Part shown: one piece after another, positions 20,583 through 30,065 of the stretch
Layout: every line of letters begins with the position of its first letter
How positions within the stretch are numbered: position 1 is the stretch's first letter
Source: Ignavibacteriota bacterium
Lineage (GTDB): Bacteria; Bacteroidota; Ignavibacteria; UBA10030; UBA6906
NCBI GenBank assembly: GCA_963702445.1
Contig: CAVPCZ010000003.1
Coordinates: 512,254 to 576,253 of the forward strand
Direction: 5' to 3'
DNA: 64,000 nucleotides
Notes under the pieces: model-generated
The model's input: the letters and a program-made list of their open reading frames with translations, nothing else
Told to the model about the DNA's origin: nothing
The model's database searches: none
Program-made: the position numbers and the translations under genes

Positions 20583-22165
20583 CCATGAAATGTTTTCTGA
20601 ATGGCATTGTGCATACCGTCAACCCCCTCCTTCCCCGTGCGGAGGCCGTGGTTACGAAAGGGGCCAGGATCGTCTTTGTCGGCACATCATCCGCGGCCAG
20701 GAGGTTTGCGGGTGAGGGGGCGGAGGTGATCGATCTGCGGGGCCGCCTTCTGTTGCCGGGCTTCATCGATGATCACGTCCACTTCGTGCTGGGCGGCACG
20801 CAGGTTGACGGGCTCAACCTGCGCGGCTGCACAAGCACGGCGGCGTTCATTGCCGGAGTGGGGGCGTACGTCCAATCCCACCGGGGCATGTGGGTTACGG
20901 GGGGAGACTGGGATCAGGAGGCGTGGGAGACCAAAACCCTGCCCTGCAAGGAATGGATCGATCCGGTTTCCCCGGATACCCCGCTGTTCCTGCCGCGATT
21001 CGACTGGCACATGGCTCTGGCGAATACGGCCGCACTAGAGCGTGCCGGCATCACACGCGATACGCCGGATCCGCCGGGGGGGAGGATCGAACATGATGCC
21101 ACGACAGGCGAGCCGACAGGTATCCTGAAGGATGCGGCGATGGAGCTCGTCCTCGGGGTCGTCCCCAAACCCCCGTTCCACGATCTGGAGCATGCCGTAC
21201 TCAAAGCACTCGGCGAAGCGCGAAGGGCCGGGGTCACCTCGGTGCATGACATCGCCGAAGAAGCCCACATTCCGGTCTACAAGAAACTCGAGGGTGAGGG
21301 GAAATTGACGTGCAGGATCTATGCGCGTCTCCCCCTTGCGGGATACCAGAAGCTGATGCGTGAGAGGGCGCGGCACGCGCATGGCGATGAGCTGGTGAAG
21401 GTCGGGTCCATGAAGGCCTTCGCTGACGGATCCCTCGGCTCGAACACGGCGTGGTTCTTCGAACCGTACCTGAATGAACCCACGACAGGACTGGCCATGG
21501 AAGTGCTCACCGGCGGTCAGCTCCGCACGTGGGCGATGGATGCCGACCGTCACGGGCTCCAGCTCTCAATTCATGCGATCGGTGACCGTGCGAACGACGC
21601 CGTGCTGGGAATTTTCGAGGAGATCGTGCGCACGAACCCGCCGTGGGACCGGCGGTTCCGGATCGAACATGCCCAGCATGTGCGCAGGGCCGACGTTGCC
21701 CGTTTTGCCGCGCTGGGCGTGATTGTCTCGGCTCAACCGTACCATTGCATCGATGACGGTGTCTGGGCGGAAACCCGTATCGGGCCGGAAAGGGCGGCCA
21801 CGACATATGCCTTCAAAACTTTCCTCGACGCCGGTGTAAGGGTCTGTTTCGGCAGCGACTGGACTGTGGCTCCCTTGAACCCGATTCTGGGCATGTATGC
21901 CGCGGTTACCCGTGCCACGCTTGACGGAAAGCGCCCGGGGGGATGGATTCCGGCAGAACGGTTGACTGTGGAAGAGGCGGTGCGCTCTTACACGATCAAC
22001 AATGCCTACGCTTCATTTGAAGAACAGCTCAAAGGGAGCATTGAGGCGGGCAAGCTCGCGGATATGGTTGTGCTGTCGGAGAATATTTTCACGATTCCGC
22101 CCGGGGCCATCAAGGACGTGCGTGTGGAGATGACCGTGGTGGGGGGAGAACGCTATGATGTCTGA
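20579..22165 (+). CDS. amidohydrolase family protein (YtcJ-like, Amidohydro_3)
   Basis: 528 aa with ..LLPGFIDDHVHFVLGG.., ..QLSIHAIGDRAND.., ..RIEHAQH.. and ..FGSDWTVAP... Start overlaps the permease stop (ATGA). Confidence 0.88.
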   Translation: MTMKCFLNGIVHTVNPLLPRAEAVVTKGARIVFVGTSSAARRFAGEGAEVIDLRGRLLLPGFIDDHVHFVLGGTQVDGLNLRGCTSTAAFIAGVGAYVQSHRGMWVTGGDWDQEAWETKTLPCKEWIDPVSPDTPLFLPRFDWHMALANTAALERAGITRDTPDPPGGRIEHDATTGEPTGILKDAAMELVLGVVPKPPFHDLEHAVLKALGEARRAGVTSVHDIAEEAHIPVYKKLEGEGKLTCRIYARLPLAGYQKLMRERARHAHGDELVKVGSMKAFADGSLGSNTAWFFEPYLNEPTTGLAMEVLTGGQLRTWAMDADRHGLQLSIHAIGDRANDAVLGIFEEIVRTNPPWDRRFRIEHAQHVRRADVARFAALGVIVSAQPYHCIDDGVWAETRIGPERAATTYAFKTFLDAGVRVCFGSDWTVAPLNPILGMYAAVTRATLDGKRPGGWIPAERLTVEEAVRSYTINNAYASFEEQLKGSIEAGKLADMVVLSENIFTIPPGAIKDVRVEMTVVGGERYDV

Positions 22166-22215
22166 CGGTCTGATCTTCCATCCCCGGATGAACACCTGCC
22201 ATGACCGGCGCTGTG

Positions 22216-22917
22216 TCAGGCCAGTCCAAACAGTGTGAGCAGCCCCTCGCCGATCCACCGGATGGCTTTGCCGATAGGCAGAATATCGACGTTCAAACCC
22301 CGTTCGGCGATGATAATCCCAAGCAGAAGAAACGTTCCGTATTTGTAGAAAGCCCGGACATTCATCTCGTCTTTGACGTTGAGGGCCTGCAGCAGTACGT
22401 GTGATCCGTCGAGGGGCGGGATGGGCAAGAGATTAAAGACGAAGAGTCCGAGGTTGACATACACTCCGGCGATCAGCGCGTTGAGTATCCAGGAGTACAG
22501 GGCGTTTCCTTCATACGGGACGGTGAGCAGGATAATCTTGATGATTCCTGCGCAGATGAAGCTGAGGCCGAGGTTGGAGAATGGGCCTGCGACGGCGATC
22601 AGCGCATCGTCGCGGCGCGGATGGGCGAGCCTGGACCTGTCGATCATCACGGGTTTGGCCCAGCCAAAGCCCGCGATAATGAGAAGGAGGAAGCCGAACG
22701 GATCGATGTGTTTCAACGGGTTCAGGGAATAGCGTCCCATACGCCGGGCCGTGTCATCGCCGAGGTGGAAGGCAACAAAGGCATGGGCGAACTCATGCAC
22801 GGTGAATCCGAGAATAATGCCCGGAAGGACCTGGAGAATATAGCCGAAGTCGAGGTTGGTCATGGCGCGGTCTCTTATTGCTTCCTCAATGATAGGGAGG
22901 TGCGTGGTGTGATGCAA
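22216..22917 (-). CDS. site-2 protease family (M50) zinc metalloprotease
   Basis: HEFAHAF (HExxH) in the first TM region, ..NPLKHIDPFG.., multi-pass membrane protein. Start may be the internal MTNLDF (22863). Confidence 0.88.
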   Translation of the reverse strand: MHHTTHLPIIEEAIRDRAMTNLDFGYILQVLPGIILGFTVHEFAHAFVAFHLGDDTARRMGRYSLNPLKHIDPFGFLLLIIAGFGWAKPVMIDRSRLAHPRRDDALIAVAGPFSNLGLSFICAGIIKIILLTVPYEGNALYSWILNALIAGVYVNLGLFVFNLLPIPPLDGSHVLLQALNVKDEMNVRAFYKYGTFLLLGIIIAERGLNVDILPIGKAIRWIGEGLLTLFGLA

Positions 22918-22936
22918 TACCCGGCCGGCGGCGGCG

Positions 22937-22965
22937 TTGCATTTCAGACGGGTTGTTTGTAAACT
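22937..22965 (+). promoter_or_regulatory. putative promoter TTGCAT-17-TAAACT
   Basis: -35 at 22937-22942, 17-bp spacer, -10 at 22960-22965, upstream of ATG 23003. Confidence 0.4.
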
Positions 22966-23002
22966 ACTCTTTCAGATGCGCAACCGGCAGGTATTACCCC
23001 TC

Positions 23003-23479
23003 ATGCGTACGTGCATTCTTGTCTTGGTTATCGGCGTGTTCGGTGTGTGTGTTGCGGATTCCGCGTTCGATCCGCAGCAGGAGAAACCCGGCATTGCCGC
23101 TCTGGATTGGATGGCCGGATACTGGGTCGGCGTCGAACACGGCATACGTATGGAAGAGCTCTGGATGCTTCCTGCGGGCGGCGTCATGCTCGGTCTTCAC
23201 CGGGACATTGACTCCGCGGGGTTGGCCTGGTTCGAATACCTTCGGATCGAAACAACCGAATCGGGCATTGCCTATGTGGCAAGTCCCCAGGGGCGCGGAC
23301 CGGCGGTGTTTCCCCTCAAAGAAGCGGTGCGCGGACGCGCGGTATTCGAGAACCTCGAACACGACTTTCCACAACGCATCATCTACAGGTTGGATGACGA
23401 CGGCCTTCATGCGCGCATCGAGGGCCTGGAAGACGGAAAGATGAAATCACGGGAGTGGGTTTGGAAAAAGAGCCAGTGA
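23003..23479 (+). CDS. hypothetical secreted protein (DUF6265-like, tentative)
   Basis: Start at MRTCILVLVIGVFGVCVA (signal peptide) within ORF 22937..23479. Has ..LDWMAGYWVG..EELWM.. and ..FENLEHDFPQRIIY... Confidence 0.6.
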   Translation: MRTCILVLVIGVFGVCVADSAFDPQQEKPGIAALDWMAGYWVGVEHGIRMEELWMLPAGGVMLGLHRDIDSAGLAWFEYLRIETTESGIAYVASPQGRGPAVFPLKEAVRGRAVFENLEHDFPQRIIYRLDDDGLHARIEGLEDGKMKSREWVWKKSQ

Positions 23480-23922
23480 TCCGCTGGTGCTGGCATACAT
23501 ATCAACAGCTCACCACCGACCTGTTGTATGCCATTCTCCATCTGCGCCAGGCGGTCTTCAGTGTGGAACAGTCATGCGCGTATCTGGACCTGGACGGGCG
23601 CGATCAGCACTCGATGCATCTGACCGGCCACGATGCCGATGGGGAACTGGTGGCGTACCTTCGCCTTGTGGAACCCGGGAAACGTTTTCCCGAACCTTCC
23701 ATCGGCCGCGTGGTTACGAGCCGGAAAGTCCGCCGGTCAGGCGTGGGGAAGGTGCTGATGGCAGAGGGAGTCAGGAAAGCGGCCGGGATGTATCCGGGGC
23801 AGCCCAACCGCATCTCCGCCCAGCAGTATCTTGAGCGATTCTACAACGGTTTCGGTTACGTGCGGGCGGGGGAGGTGTATGATGAGGACGGTATCCCGCA
23901 CGTCGAGATGGTGAGGCCGTAG
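23455..23922 (+). CDS. GNAT family N-acetyltransferase, ElaA-like
   Basis: ..LTTDLLYAILHLRQAVFSVEQSCAYLDLDGRDQ..IGRVVTSRKVRRSGVGKVLM... The start may be GTG 23476, which would avoid overlap with the upstream gene. Confidence 0.85.
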   Translation: MGLEKEPVIRWCWHTYQQLTTDLLYAILHLRQAVFSVEQSCAYLDLDGRDQHSMHLTGHDADGELVAYLRLVEPGKRFPEPSIGRVVTSRKVRRSGVGKVLMAEGVRKAAGMYPGQPNRISAQQYLERFYNGFGYVRAGEVYDEDGIPHVEMVRP

Positions 23923-23958
23923 GCCCGGAAGGCCCCCCCAGGGTGCGGAGAGCTTCAC

Positions 23959-24771
23959 ATGGGTGCACACAGCGGCCGGACATATCGCGCAACGACAATC
24001 ATCACCGGTGCATCGTCGGGCATCGGGCGTGCTGCGGCGATGGCTTTTGCCCGGGAGGGCGCACGGCTGGTGCTCGCTGCGCGCAATCCGGAGCCCCTTC
24101 AGCGCACGGAGGCGGATGTGCGTGCCGCGGGTGCCGAGGTGCTCGTGGTTCCGACCGATGTGACGGACGAGGCGGGTGTGGCACAGCTCGTCCGCAAAAC
24201 GCTCGCCCGCTTCGGCCGGATCGATATTGTCGTGTGTAATGCCGGGGTGTATCATCGGTGTGCGGTCCGAGATCTCACCCTTGCCGACATTGAACGGTGT
24301 ATGGCGGTCAATTACTATGGAACGGTTCACCTGATCCGCGCCGTGCTTCCTTACCTGCTGGAGCAGCGATCGGGACATATTGTGGCGGTCACCTCTGTTG
24401 ACGGGAAGAAGGGTTTGCCGCCCGATGCCGCCTACGTGGCCTCAAAGTTTGCGACAACGGGCTTTGTGGACGTGCTGCGGCAGGAGCTGCACGGCACCGG
24501 AGTCTATGCGTCAACGGTTCTTCCCGGACGCGTGGACACGCCGATGATCGAAACCCTGGATGTCCCGCCGGCATCGGCCAAAATTTCCAGCGAGCGGGTT
24601 GCCCGGGCCATTGTGCGCGCGGTACGTCAACGCCGGCGTGAAATCGTCATTCCCTTCAGCGGCCCGAAAGCCCTGATTGTGTTCAGCAGCATCTGGGCGG
24701 GAGTGGGAGACTGGCTCATCAGGGTGTTCAAACTTGAGGGAAGAGAAACTGGTGCAGAGAAACGCTTATGA
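23959..24771 (+). CDS. short-chain dehydrogenase/reductase (SDR)
   Basis: TGASSGIGRAAA cofactor motif, NAG and the YxxxK active site (..AAYVASKFA..). Confidence 0.92.
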   Translation: MGAHSGRTYRATTIITGASSGIGRAAAMAFAREGARLVLAARNPEPLQRTEADVRAAGAEVLVVPTDVTDEAGVAQLVRKTLARFGRIDIVVCNAGVYHRCAVRDLTLADIERCMAVNYYGTVHLIRAVLPYLLEQRSGHIVAVTSVDGKKGLPPDAAYVASKFATTGFVDVLRQELHGTGVYASTVLPGRVDTPMIETLDVPPASAKISSERVARAIVRAVRQRRREIVIPFSGPKALIVFSSIWAGVGDWLIRVFKLEGRETGAEKRL

Positions 24772-26318
24772 GTGACACACGAAGAACAGACGTGTTGAGC
24801 GTCGATGCCGTTTCCGCGATACTCGGCGTACCGGGCGCAGTGCCCCTGTCGCCGGTGGCGATGGCAAAAAGCCTGCACGTGACGTTCTCCCCGGGGCGCA
24901 CGGTGAGCGGGCGGGTGGCGGCCTTCAGCGCGCAGTTGCATGACGCTCTTGTGGCCTGCGGCGTGACGGTGCTGCCTCACGAGCAGGCGCTCGCAGATCC
25001 TGTGACGGAAAAGCTGCAGGAGGGGATCGTCGTGATTGCCCCCGGAGAGCTGGAATCGGGCAATCTGCCGGTGGATCATGTGACCAACCTCCGGCGCGCC
25101 ACCATTGTCGGGATCGTGGATGGGCCTTGTCCCGCCGATCTCGCGACAGCGTCGCAGGAAAAGCTGAACAGTATCGTGAAGATGCTGGCATGGAATATCG
25201 TGCAGGTGGTGATTTACGTCGATGACACGGCGTGGACCGTATGTACGATGAACGGCGCGATCATACGCTGCAGCATGAGGACGCTTCGCGAAGAGGCGTT
25301 CAGCGTGCTCGTACCCAAGCTTGCCGCACCGGTGGTTCCGCCGCATGCAAATGATTTCGACGTCCGCGAAGGCGGACTGGATCTTCACGATCTGCGATAT
25401 CGCCCCTATGTTCAGGACTTCCAGGAGAGCGGCAAGCTCTGGTCCGACACCGGATTGATGCTTTTCCACACTTCCCTGGAGTCACTGGCCTTCCGCAACC
25501 GGTACTACAAACGTCTCGCCGCGGCATATCTGGATCACCGTTCGGGGATGAGCTACGGTTTCCTTGCGCGGCAGCTTGCTGTGGACCCGCCCGCCGCGTT
25601 GACGGCGCAGGAAGCCCGGGAGGGGCATCATGCGGACATCCGGAGCGGCCCGGGGGTGTTTCATATTGACGGCGCACTGCACGTCACGGTAAACATGCCG
25701 CAGGGCCCGATGCTTCTCCGGGTGCCGGACATCTGGGTGCTGACGACCCGTTCGGGGTGCGATAAGTCGAACATCGACCCGCAGCGTGATCTGGTCATGC
25801 TCGGACTGTCGCAGGGCCGGATAATCTTTTCCACACCGCGAGGCGTGGGCAGGAGCACCGATTACAAACCTTCGTATGACACCCTGACCATTCTTTCCCA
25901 CGCCATGGCCAACGCGCTGGTGGCGGGATTGTTGAACCGGATCCATCCGGATGCATGGTTCACGTCCACCTTGCGGACCTCAGGGATGGCACTGGCGCAC
26001 TGGCACGGGTATCTGCAGAGTGCGGCCTTACCTGAGGGGTATCTCGTCCATGGGAATGACAATCCCCCGGTCTCCTGTTCCACGTTCCAGGCGGCGATTT
26101 ACGCGCTGCGCGGGAAGATCGAGGCGTATTCCCGAAGTCTGTCGGTTCACAAATCCTTTACCGGGGATGCGCATGTGGAGCCCCATCACGGAATCAACCT
26201 GACAGGACCCACACTTCTCTGGTTGGCCCAGTGGGCGCTGGAGAGGCTGGAGGTGTTGACGGAGCTTCAGGCGCAGGGTACGATGGCGGGGGAGAGGATG
26301 ATTGCGGTGGGGAGATGA
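24768..26318 (+). CDS. uncharacterised 516-aa protein, translationally coupled to the SDR
   Basis: Intact long ORF with strong GC3 codon bias. Start overlaps the SDR stop (ATGA). No motif or family recognised by eye. Confidence 0.7.
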   Translation: MSDTRRTDVLSVDAVSAILGVPGAVPLSPVAMAKSLHVTFSPGRTVSGRVAAFSAQLHDALVACGVTVLPHEQALADPVTEKLQEGIVVIAPGELESGNLPVDHVTNLRRATIVGIVDGPCPADLATASQEKLNSIVKMLAWNIVQVVIYVDDTAWTVCTMNGAIIRCSMRTLREEAFSVLVPKLAAPVVPPHANDFDVREGGLDLHDLRYRPYVQDFQESGKLWSDTGLMLFHTSLESLAFRNRYYKRLAAAYLDHRSGMSYGFLARQLAVDPPAALTAQEAREGHHADIRSGPGVFHIDGALHVTVNMPQGPMLLRVPDIWVLTTRSGCDKSNIDPQRDLVMLGLSQGRIIFSTPRGVGRSTDYKPSYDTLTILSHAMANALVAGLLNRIHPDAWFTSTLRTSGMALAHWHGYLQSAALPEGYLVHGNDNPPVSCSTFQAAIYALRGKIEAYSRSLSVHKSFTGDAHVEPHHGINLTGPTLLWLAQWALERLEVLTELQAQGTMAGERMIAVGR

Positions 26319-26782
26319 ACTGCGGTCAGGGTTTCAGGAAATGTCCGCACGGCATCAAAACTCGGGAAAATCCGCGTCGCGCACCCCAGCACCCAGCCGG
26401 GGATATCCGTTTCGGGGATGGAGGTGACGAGGTAGACCGGTTTGTTGAAGTATCGTGCGATCGTGATTTCCCCTTTTGTTCCCGCCCCGCGTTCAGCGGA
26501 TTCGTCCCAGTAACAAATCACCATGTCCGAGTGTTCGGCGACGGCGCGGCAGTCCAGTTCAACGATCTGGCGCACGAGTTCGCGAAAGCGTTTGGGGTTG
26601 CTTGATTTCAGATCGCGAAAATCGGCTCCGGGCAGATGCACCTGCAGGAACCGTTCGCTTTCGCGGTTGGGATTGAAGGATGTCCAGCCGAGCTCCCGCT
26701 GCAGCCACTGTTCCATCTCTTCCCGCCAGTGGCGTCCTTCGTCGGACGCATACTCCATGCCGCCGGAAAGGTAGATGTTCAT
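26267..26782 (-). CDS. nucleoside 2-deoxyribosyltransferase-like protein (tentative family)
   Basis: Start at [11 protein letters not shown] (ATG 26782) overlaps the stop of the upstream kinase gene (ATGA). Has ..DMVICYWD..GAGTKGEITIARYFNKPVYLV... The last ~15-20 aa are uncertain: an indel in the T-run near 26337 would give ..DAVRTFLKP* ending at 26326 and remove the 52-nt convergent overlap. Confidence 0.55.
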   Translation of the reverse strand: MNIYLSGGMEYASDEGRHWREEMEQWLQRELGWTSFNPNRESERFLQVHLPGADFRDLKSSNPKRFRELVRQIVELDCRAVAEHSDMVICYWDESAERGAGTKGEITIARYFNKPVYLVTSIPETDIPGWVLGCATRIFPSFDAVRTFPETLTAVHLPTAIILSPAIVPCA

Positions 26783-27451
26783 CCGGGGATCAGGTCGAGT
26801 GCATGGACGTTGAGGGCGGGCAGGAGCAGGAGATAGAGTCCCCACATCGCCAGGCTGATGGAAATCGGTATGGAGAGGTTGTCGTCAATGACATCGCCGG
26901 AGAGGGCTTCCACGACGGCGCCGAGTGCCGCTGCCAGGACGCCGATGAGGTATTCGGCGGGCAGGTAGGCGATTTTTGGCGCGAGCGCCACCACCAGAAG
27001 GCCGCTCACAAAAAAGGCGGTTGTCCCTTCCAGGGATTTTCCGAGGAACGGATGACGGCCGAATTTCCGTCCGATCAGCGCGGCGGATGTGTCGGAGATG
27101 ATCAGGATGGCAAACGCGGTGATGACGATGATCTTGGGAAAGAGCCAGATACAGAGTGTGGCGGACAGCAGAACGTACGTGGCTCCGTTCAGACGCCTGC
27201 GCCGCGCATTCAGTTCATGGCGGCGCAGAAGAAAGCCGAAAAACTTTCGTGTAGAGTTCCCCGAAGGCAGGCACATACAACCGTGCCAGATCCGAAAGAC
27301 CGAAGAACAGGGTGATCGGGATCAGAATCGTGAGCGCGGTGGGGCGTGAGATAAAGAAATAGACCACCGGGATGGAGAGCGAGCTCAGATGAATTCCCTT
27401 GCGGATGAGCTCGGTTGAATAACTCTCCTCGACGCTTCTGAGCTCGTTCAT
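26779..27451 (-). CDS. polyprenol/dolichol/phytol kinase family membrane protein (CTP-dependent, CdsA-like fold); one frameshift
   Basis: The N-terminus [33 protein letters not shown].. is read in the tail of the ftsH ORF and joins ORF 26779..27276 at the A5 run 27239-27243 (..GELYTKVF / [10 protein letters not shown]..). Has ..[17 protein letters not shown]... Confidence 0.7.
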
Positions 27452-29513
27452 GTCCTCGCTGGCGCGCTGCCGCCATCCGGCGCGGGTGTCTGGACTTTGC
27501 GTGTCGGTGTCCTTGCCGTTGACGCGCCGTTCCATCGGGGGAAGCGTTTCACCGCGAATCACGGCGTCAATCTCCACGGAGTCGAGGATTTCGCGTTCAA
27601 GCAGTGCTGCTGCGAGGCGGTGGAGCGTCTCGACATTATCCGTGAGGATCTTCTCTGCGCGCTTCATGCACGAGTTGACGATCTTCTTGATCTCCTCGTC
27701 GATAGCGATCGCGGATTGCTCGCTGTAGTTCTTGTGCCGCGCGATTTGCCGGCCCAGGAATATTTCCTCTTCCTTCTGTCCGTATGCAAGCGGTCCAAGT
27801 TTGTCGCTCATGCCCCACTCGCACACCATTTTCCGGGCGATATCCGTGGAACGTTCGATGTCGTTTCCGGCGCCGGTGGTCAGCTGGCCGAAGATCAGTT
27901 TTTCCGCGGCGCGGCCGCCCAGGGCGTACGTGATCATTGTTTCAAGATACAGCTTCGAATAGGTGTGCTTCTCGTCGATGGGGATGTATGTGGTCAACCC
28001 GAGTGCGCGTCCGCGCGGAATGATGGTGACCTTGTGGACCGGGTCCGCCTCGGGGAGCTTGCGGGCCACGAGCACGTGTCCGATCTCATGGTACGAGGTG
28101 ATGTTCCGTTCCTTTTCGGTGATGATCAGGCTCTTCCGCTCCATGCCCATCATCACCTTGTCCTTGGATTCTTCGAAGTGGCGCATGTTCACGGCACGGG
28201 CATTCTGCCGGGCGGCAAGCAGGGCTGCTTCGTTCACCAGGTTGGCGAGTTCGGCACCTGCGAGTCCGGGGGTTCCCTTGGCGAGGACATCCAGATGCAC
28301 ATCATCGGCCAGCGGGATGTTCTTTGTATGAACGCGGAGAATCCCTTCGCGGCCTTTCACGTCGGGGCGGTCCACCACCACCTGCCGGTCAAACCGGCCG
28401 GGGCGCATGAGTGCGGGGTCGAGCACATCGGGGCGATTGGTGGCGGCGATGATGATGACGCCGCTGTTCTGTTCGAACCCGTCCATTTCCACAAGCAGCT
28501 GGTTGAGTGTCTGTTCGCGTTCATCGTGACCGCCGCCCAGCCCGGCGCCGCGGTGGCGGCCGACGGCATCAATCTCGTCGATGAAGATGATACAGGGGGC
28601 GCTTTTCTTGCCCTGTTCGAACAGGTCCCGCACGCGGCTGGCGCCCACGCCGACGAACATCTCGACGAAATCGGCCCCCGAAATGGAGAAGAACGGCACG
28701 CCGGCTTCTCCTGCAACCGCGCGGGCAAGAAGTGTTTTGCCCGTGCCCGGAGGTCCCAGCAAGAGCACGCCGCGGGGGATCTTGCCTCCCAGTTTCTGGA
28801 ACTTGGTGGGTTCTTTGAGGAACTCGATGATTTCCATCAGTTCCATCTTGGCCTCATCCGCGCCGGCAACATCAAGAAACGTCACCTTCGGCGCCCCTTC
28901 GTTCAGCATTTTCGCGCGGCTTTTGCCGAAGGAGAAGATACCCTTCGGACCCGCTCCCTGCATTCTGCGCATGATAATCAGCCACACGACAAGGAGGAGC
29001 ACCCAGGGGAGGGCGCTGATGAGGGCGCTCATCCAGGTGTTGTCTTCCCGCTCGACCGAAAACTCGATCCCCCGGTCGCCCCACTCCTTGATCACCGGAC
29101 TGTCCAGGATCGGAAGCGTGAGCACGAATTTCGTCACCGGTACTTCGCGTCCGGCCCGGCTGACACGTCCGGGCGATCTTCAGCTCGCCGTGAAAATCGA
29201 AGTTGGTGAGTTCCGATTTCTTCACCGTGGCACGGCGGATCAGGTTCGTCTGCAGGAACTCCTGGTATTCGCTGTACGTCACTTCCGTCTCACTGGGCTC
29301 CGTCCCCTTGAACAGGGTCATCACCAGAAACACGAGAAGGATGATGGCGGACCAGCTGAGGACGACCTTCAGGACTTTGTTCCAGTTGAAGTCGTCGTCA
29401 GGCCGGGACTGCGGCCCCGTTTTTTTCTGGCGGAAGGGGCGCTGTGTGCTGCGTCGGCGATCCAGGTCGCCGCCTTTGCGTGAATCGTTGTCGGTATTTT
29501 TCTGTTCGTCCAT
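27448..29513 (-). CDS. ftsH: ATP-dependent zinc metalloprotease FtsH; 1 clear frameshift and probably a second at the 3' end
   Basis: ORFs 28872..29513 and 27215..29137 join near 29170. Has Walker [27 protein letters not shown] and the zinc site HEIGH. As sequenced the ORF runs without a stop into the next gene. Removing one G from the G5 run 27537-27541 gives ..[32 protein letters not shown] with TGA 27448-27450 overlapping the next ATG. Confidence 0.93.
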
Positions 29514-29522
29514 GTGAAGACT

Positions 29523-30065
29523 CTAGGCTTTCAGTCTGTAGATCGATTTCAGGTTACGTTCCCGCTGTGCGTAATCCAGACCATACCCGATGACAAATGC
29601 GGAGGGGATCGTAAACCCCACGTAATCCAGCTGGATATCCGTTTTTACGGATGCGGGCTTGTATAATAGTGTAACAACTTTGAAGGATGCGGGGTTCTGT
29701 CGCATGATAAGATCGCGGATATACTGCATGGAGAGCCCGGAGTCGACAATGTCCTCAACAATAATGATATCCCGGCCGGGAACCTGGCAATTGAGATCCT
29801 TCAGCAGCCGCACATTACCGGAGCTGATCTTGGCGTCGCCGTAACTGGAGAGTTTGAGAAAGTCCATCTCGCAGTCAATGGTGATCTCACGGATCAGGTC
29901 GGCAAAAAAGATGAACGAGCCATTCAGGATCCCGATGAAGACGGGGACCTTTCCCCGGTAGTCCTTGCTGATCGTGCGGGCCAGGGCGCGGACGCGGGTC
30001 TTGATGCGGCGCTCGCTGATCATGATGTCGAACGTGTCGCCGTTAACTTTGAGGGCTTTCGCCAT
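29523..30065 (-). CDS. hpt: hypoxanthine phosphoribosyltransferase
   Basis: Start at MAKALKVNGDTFDIMISE (ATG 30065) in ORF 29523..30230. PRPP-binding motif ..DIIIVEDIVDSGLS... Confidence 0.93.
   Translation of the reverse strand: MAKALKVNGDTFDIMISERRIKTRVRALARTISKDYRGKVPVFIGILNGSFIFFADLIREITIDCEMDFLKLSSYGDAKISSGNVRLLKDLNCQVPGRDIIIVEDIVDSGLSMQYIRDLIMRQNPASFKVVTLLYKPASVKTDIQLDYVGFTIPSAFVIGYGLDYAQRERNLKSIYRLKA

Noticed and set aside
27497-29209. Long antisense ORFs (570 aa here; also 60050..62074, 41883..43748, 35100..36629, 14752..16137, 8122..9336, 37755..38900)
   Set aside because: Each lies opposite a gene with unmistakable family motifs (ftsH, ppk1, histidine kinase, DUF1624, SSS/GH, Fe-S protein, amylase). 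Their translations are low-complexity, R/H/G/P/D-rich, with no recognisable motifs. This is typical shadow-ORF behaviour in high-GC DNA.
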